From contig CBDCJV010000002.1 in assembly GCA_965217895.1 (NCBI GenBank), positions 1,824,001 to 1,888,000 on the forward strand: a DNA stretch of 64,000 nt, given 5' to 3'. Shown piece after piece: positions 59,631-64,000 of this stretch. Every line of letters starts with the position of its first letter. The stretch's first letter is position 1. The DNA is from Waterburya sp. (GTDB taxonomy: Bacteria; Cyanobacteriota; Cyanobacteriia; Cyanobacteriales; Xenococcaceae). The position numbers and the translations under genes are program-made. Under the pieces are notes generated by a model. The model searched no databases. It saw only the letters and a program-made list of their open reading frames with translations, and was not told where the DNA came from.

Positions 59631-60164
59631 TTATTTAACTAGACAATAAGCATTAATTTCTCTAACTAAATCATTTTGCATTGCTCCTGCTTTCTCTGCG
59701 TCTATTCGAGCAGACTTCAAAGCTTCGATATCTCTGTTCTCTCTAGCTTGGGCTGCGTCATAAGTAGCTTGGGAATATATACGATAAATAGTTACTAATT
59801 TATTTTGATATTTAATCAATTCGCCGTCATCGATGTTCAAAGCTTGAATATTGTCGGCAGCTTGATTCATTCTGTTAGCAACTTCTAACGAGCTTTTCAA
59901 TTCCGTCGGCTGTTCGCCTTTAATATAGGCAACATTTTTATTATCTTTAACAACATCATTGGCAATGTGAAAGATTTGTTCGCATTGAATATACTTAGTC
60001 TCATATTTAGTCTCTCCACAGCCAGAAACTAGACAACCCAATAACACGTTATTTATTGTCAGCAGACAAACAACTTTATTTCTGAGAAAAAAATTATGAT
60101 AATCAACTGTATTTTTTTTATCTCTCATTTTCTTTGTTTCCTTGTCTATTTTTAGGCATTGCAA
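59631..60164 (-). CDS. hypothetical helical lipoprotein
   Basis: lipobox-like LVSGC; helical body with a C-terminal Cys; start uncertain. Confidence 0.65.
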   Translation of the reverse strand: MQCLKIDKETKKMRDKKNTVDYHNFFLRNKVVCLLTINNVLLGCLVSGCGETKYETKYIQCEQIFHIANDVVKDNKNVAYIKGEQPTELKSSLEVANRMNQAADNIQALNIDDGELIKYQNKLVTIYRIYSQATYDAAQARENRDIEALKSARIDAEKAGAMQNDLVREINAYCLVK

Positions 60165-60493
60165 ATAATTTTATTTCAGTTGATAGATTAAAAATTCTAT
60201 CCAAGAATTTTGTAAATCGTATCGTTGCTACCAAGTGAAACAAAAACATATTAGATAAGCAAGCCTATTTCATATTAACCAGAAAAATATAAATAATTTT
60301 TAGAGCTATTCAAATGACTCATGGGCAGCGGGATAGGCTTAAAGCACGTATTTACAGTAATTGATTGAATTCAATTAAACCCCGTCCACATAAAAGACTG
60401 TAGTTCTAGATAAGTGATGTCATCCCTACTTCCTACTTTCTTGAACAGATAAATAAAACTAAGGGTTTCAAAATAGTTGCGGTTTGTTAAAGC

Positions 60494-61468
60494 CTAATAT
60501 ATGCGACTAACCACATATTTAGTTAACTCTTTGAGTGCTTCTTTTGATGGGGAAGGAGCCAAACAACTTAAATTTTGCGCCGCCTCATCAGCGTGTTTGG
60601 TTGCTAACTGTCTGGCTTGCTCAATTCCATCGCTTTTTTTAATTAATTCCAAGGCTTTGTTAATATCATCTGGTTCAGAAAATTCTCTTTCAATTAGAAT
60701 TTCTAGATAAGGCTGCTGTTCCATAGCATAGATAACTGGAATAGTTAAATTACCGCTGGCTAAATCCGCTTCTGCTGGTTTACCAAGAACTTCAGCCGAA
60801 CCAGTAAAGTCTAAAATATCATCAACAATTTGAAAAGCCAAACCTAAGTTGCGACCATAACGATAAAGACTATCGGTAACTTCAGCATTAGCATCGCTTA
60901 ATTCTCCAGCAGCTTTAGCACTATTAGCCATTAAAGAAGCAGTTTTGTAATAGCTCTTGTCTAAATAAGAATCAATTGAAACATTAGTATCAAAATGATT
61001 TAAACTCTGTAAAATTTCTCCCTCAGCAAAATCTCTAATTACCTCTGATAGAAGCTTGACTACCTTTAAGTTATCTAAATTGGCTAAGTACCAAGATGAC
61101 TGGGCAAAAAGAAAATCTCCGGCCAACACGGCGATTTTATTATCAAACAAGTTATTAACTGTTTCTACGTTACGGCGCAAATCAGCCTCGTCAACCACAT
61201 CATCATGTACTAGGCTTGCCGTATGAATCATTTCCGTAATTTCTGCTAAACGGCGATGACGATTAGTTAGTGTGTGATTTGGCATGGTTGCCCGCGAAGC
61301 CAATAAGACAATTGCTGGTCTAATTTGCTTACCTCCAGCATCAAACAAGTGTTCGGCAGCAGCACCCAAAATCGGATGACGCGCACCAATTAGTTGCTTG
61401 AGATTGTCTGTAAGGATGTGTAAATCATTTTCAACGGGTGCTAGTAAAGAAGTAGTAAAAGATGTCAT
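60494..61468 (-). CDS. sds: solanesyl diphosphate synthase
   Basis: GGKQIRP, LVHDDVVD, FQIVDDILD. Confidence 0.92.
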   Translation of the reverse strand: MTSFTTSLLAPVENDLHILTDNLKQLIGARHPILGAAAEHLFDAGGKQIRPAIVLLASRATMPNHTLTNRHRRLAEITEMIHTASLVHDDVVDEADLRRNVETVNNLFDNKIAVLAGDFLFAQSSWYLANLDNLKVVKLLSEVIRDFAEGEILQSLNHFDTNVSIDSYLDKSYYKTASLMANSAKAAGELSDANAEVTDSLYRYGRNLGLAFQIVDDILDFTGSAEVLGKPAEADLASGNLTIPVIYAMEQQPYLEILIEREFSEPDDINKALELIKKSDGIEQARQLATKHADEAAQNLSCLAPSPSKEALKELTKYVVSRIY

Positions 61469-62056
61469 TGTTAAGCCAAGTTTGGCAACTATTTTTTATT
61501 TAAGAAACTTTACATATTATTGTACTTATTTTAAGGGAAGCTAACCTAATAACCAACCATCAACTCTTAAAATGCTGTTGAATTAGAAAAAATTCTGCTA
61601 TAACAACAGTTCAATCAGTATTTAATCTCAAATAATATGTTAAGCTATAAGATAGGAATTTTGAAGAAATAGTTAAGAGTTTCTGAGGCAAGGTAATTGA
61701 CCAGAAATAACTAGCAAAGTTAGCTAACACGACCATGCGGTGATTAGCAGGTTTTGATATTTATAATTTCCCATACATAAGGCTAGATATTATTAAAAGT
61801 CTATTTTTAATCAATAGTATCTAAAAAAGTTACTGGCTTCTAAGCCAAATTATCTTAGCTAGCTTGAGCAACTAGACAGGGTAAAGGCTCATTTTTGGGA
61901 TTGAAGAATCTAGATGGCGAAAAAGTCACTTAGAGATTGTTCTTTTGTCTGGCTGTTTTTGCTGCCAAAACAACTAATTTTTCTTCAAGGCTCATTTTTA
62001 ATGACTAGTTTCCTCAACAAAAATTAATTTCCTTAATCAAGCATCTACTTCAGCAA

Positions 62057-62215
62057 ATGAACTCCGTAAACCTACCTCTGTTTATCTTATTTTTCTCTGG
62101 TGTCTATCTTTCAAGCATTTATGGATTGCTAGCAATTGCACAAATGCAGAAATTTGGCAAGAATATTGTTAACCACAGTCTTCACGATCAAGACAACTCA
62201 TTAGAAACGCTATAA
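62057..62215 (+). CDS. candidate 52-aa single-TM small protein
   Basis: MNSVNLPLFILFFSGVYLSSIYGLLAIAQMQKFGK...; below the ORF-track cutoff. Confidence 0.45.
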   Translation: MNSVNLPLFILFFSGVYLSSIYGLLAIAQMQKFGKNIVNHSLHDQDNSLETL

Positions 62216-62251
62216 AACTTAATCCAGCGAAATAAAGCCTATTTCAAAGCG

Positions 62252-63088
62252 TTATTCGACTGGATTAAGTACCATCATTGGCGACGATAGCTCTCTCATA
62301 GAAATCTTTGTTACCTGGGGATAATATCCCAGCCATTGCTGAGATATATTAGCAAATTGCTCAGGAGAGCCGCTGACACAGAAACGAGTTGGCAAAGGAA
62401 ATTGTTCGTTGCGCAATCCCAGCAGAGATAATTCTTTTTTGGCTGCGACAACAATATATTCGGCTGGATCGATAACTTGTACTGATGTTGGTAGTAAAGA
62501 ACGAATTGTTTTTTCTAGATGTCTGTAGTGAGTACAGCCGTAGATGAGAGTATCGATGTTTTTGGCTATTAGGGGTCGCAAATATTCTTGGGCAACGCTG
62601 CGAGTATAATCCGTGTAAAGCTGATTTTGTTCAATTAGATGGACAAATTCGGGGCAAGGAATCTCCCACACTTTGGTTTGAGGATTAATTTCCTGTATTG
62701 CCTGACGATAAGCATGGCTTTTGGCAGTGGCAGAAGTAGAAATTACACCTATTCTTTTTCCTTGTTTAACCGCAGCTTTGGCTCCTGAAAAGATAACCCC
62801 AAGTATGGGGATATCATATTCTTTTCTAACTGCCTCTAAAGCTAGAGCTGAACTTGTATTGCAAGCCATAATGATCATTTTTACGTCTTGAGCGCACATC
62901 CAGTCTAGAATTTCGCGGACAAACTGAAGAATTTCTGAGCGCGATCGCGTCCCGTAGGGTAGACGAGCCGAATCAGCAAAATAAAGCAAAGACTCCGAAG
63001 GCATTTGGCGATACATCTCACGTAATACGGTTAATCCCCCCACTCCGCTATCAAATAAGCCAATGCGCCAACCAGAATGTTTCATCAT
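62252..63088 (-). CDS. murI: glutamate racemase
   Basis: FDSGVGGLTV, ACNTSS, GCTHY. Confidence 0.96.
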   Translation of the reverse strand: MMKHSGWRIGLFDSGVGGLTVLREMYRQMPSESLLYFADSARLPYGTRSRSEILQFVREILDWMCAQDVKMIIMACNTSSALALEAVRKEYDIPILGVIFSGAKAAVKQGKRIGVISTSATAKSHAYRQAIQEINPQTKVWEIPCPEFVHLIEQNQLYTDYTRSVAQEYLRPLIAKNIDTLIYGCTHYRHLEKTIRSLLPTSVQVIDPAEYIVVAAKKELSLLGLRNEQFPLPTRFCVSGSPEQFANISQQWLGYYPQVTKISMRELSSPMMVLNPVE

Positions 63089-63189
63089 TAATTTGTTAAT
63101 TTTAAAAGGTAATATTTCCCTGTAATCCCATAAAAATGAGTAATCTCAGATAAGATGATACATCAGAGCATCAATACTCAGCTTGGAAG

Positions 63190-64000
63190 CTATAAATTAT
63201 TTTGCTTAATATACTCTATAATGCCCCTGGCGATCGCTTCTGCCATTTGATGACGATGATTGGGGTCTTTGAGGTGGGAAGCATCATCCGCTCCAGTTAC
63301 AAAGCCAACCTCAACTAATACAGCAGGTGCGATCGAATGTCTGAGGACATAAAATCTAGCTCGGCGAATACCTCGATCGTCTATATTGACACCATTTAAA
63401 ATACTGTAGTGAATTAACTCGGCTAAACGACGGCCACTTTCATAGTAGTAGGTTTCTAAACCACTAACATCAGGACGGGAAAGATTAATAGAGTTAGCGT
63501 GAATACTGACAAACAAATCAGCATTTAGATCATTAGCTAAATCAGTTCGACCCTCAAGACTGATAAAGTTATCGTTATCTCTGGTCATGATCACATCAAT
63601 TCCCTGTTTTCCAAGAATTTCGGCTACATCTAAAGAAATAGGCAGTATTACATCTTTTTCCCGTAAGCCACCAATGCCGATTGCGCCTGAATCATATCCT
63701 CCATGCCCTGGGTCAATAACAACTCTGGGGCGATCGCTGTTGGGAATAGGAGTCGCAAGAGTAGGAAAAGAATGCTTTTTAGGAACTTTGGCAAATCCTG
63801 GCGGTAGAAGTGGTGCATCATTTTGAGGCAGTGGATCTGCGCCAATTTCTATTGGTAGTGCGATCTCTTGGTCATCTGCATTCAACCGCCCTAGACGATA
63901 TCTTAGTCTGGTGGTAATGTCTAAGACCACCCTAGAGCTTTCTTGACGCACCTTTAGTTCCGAAATTGGACTACCAGCTTCTAATTCTGGTCCCTTAAAA
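63190..64000 (-). CDS. amiC: N-acetylmuramoyl-L-alanine amidase, 5' part outside window
   Basis: IDPGHGG.DSGA, FVSIHANS, AVLVEVGF. Confidence 0.9.
   Translation of the reverse strand, partial: FKGPELEAGSPISELKVRQESSRVVLDITTRLRYRLGRLNADDQEIALPIEIGADPLPQNDAPLLPPGFAKVPKKHSFPTLATPIPNSDRPRVVIDPGHGGYDSGAIGIGGLREKDVILPISLDVAEILGKQGIDVIMTRDNDNFISLEGRTDLANDLNADLFVSIHANSINLSRPDVSGLETYYYESGRRLAELIHYSILNGVNIDDRGIRRARFYVLRHSIAPAVLVEVGFVTGADDASHLKDPNHRHQMAEAIARGIIEYIKQNNL

Noticed and set aside
1..64000. GCGATCGC over-representation as a new repeat
   Set aside because: this is the well-known cyanobacterial HIP1

Overview
AT-rich cyanobacterial chromosome segment. It carries roughly 80 HIP1 octamers (GCGATCGC, counted by eye), heptamer tandem repeats and a beta-carboxysome ccmP gene; a Pleurocapsales-like origin is only an inference. 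Most genes are housekeeping: plsY, lnt, sigA, ileS, uvrA, ffs (SRP RNA), modA/modBC, pncB, cobQ, rppAB-type two-component system, rlmB-mrnC-STAS, sugar ABC parts, cruA, fcl/gmd, bcp, ccmP, ssb, glycosyltransferases, ilvA, sds, murI and a partial amiC. The less ordinary signals are six. (1) Displaced, synonymously diverged copies of the 3' ends of rlmB (two) and ileS (one), plus a duplicated ileS upstream segment, bracket small cargo genes and contain HIP1 or its core, suggesting serial gene-end replacement without an integrase. (2) A ~55-bp three-hairpin mini-element keeps its structure and linkers while most stem sequences change, and there are nested Russian-doll repeats. (3) A 48-bp palindrome has inserted into the end of a copper-storage gene. 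(4) A two-gene module pairs a glycine-zipper protein with a frameshifted PD-(D/E)xK-like protein. (5) The SRP RNA has a UGAC tetraloop. (6) There is an ATT-initiated STAS gene, a CspA-type gene, and a four-helix-bundle gene enclosed by inverted heptamer arrays. No CRISPR array, tRNA, rRNA, transposase or integrase was seen.
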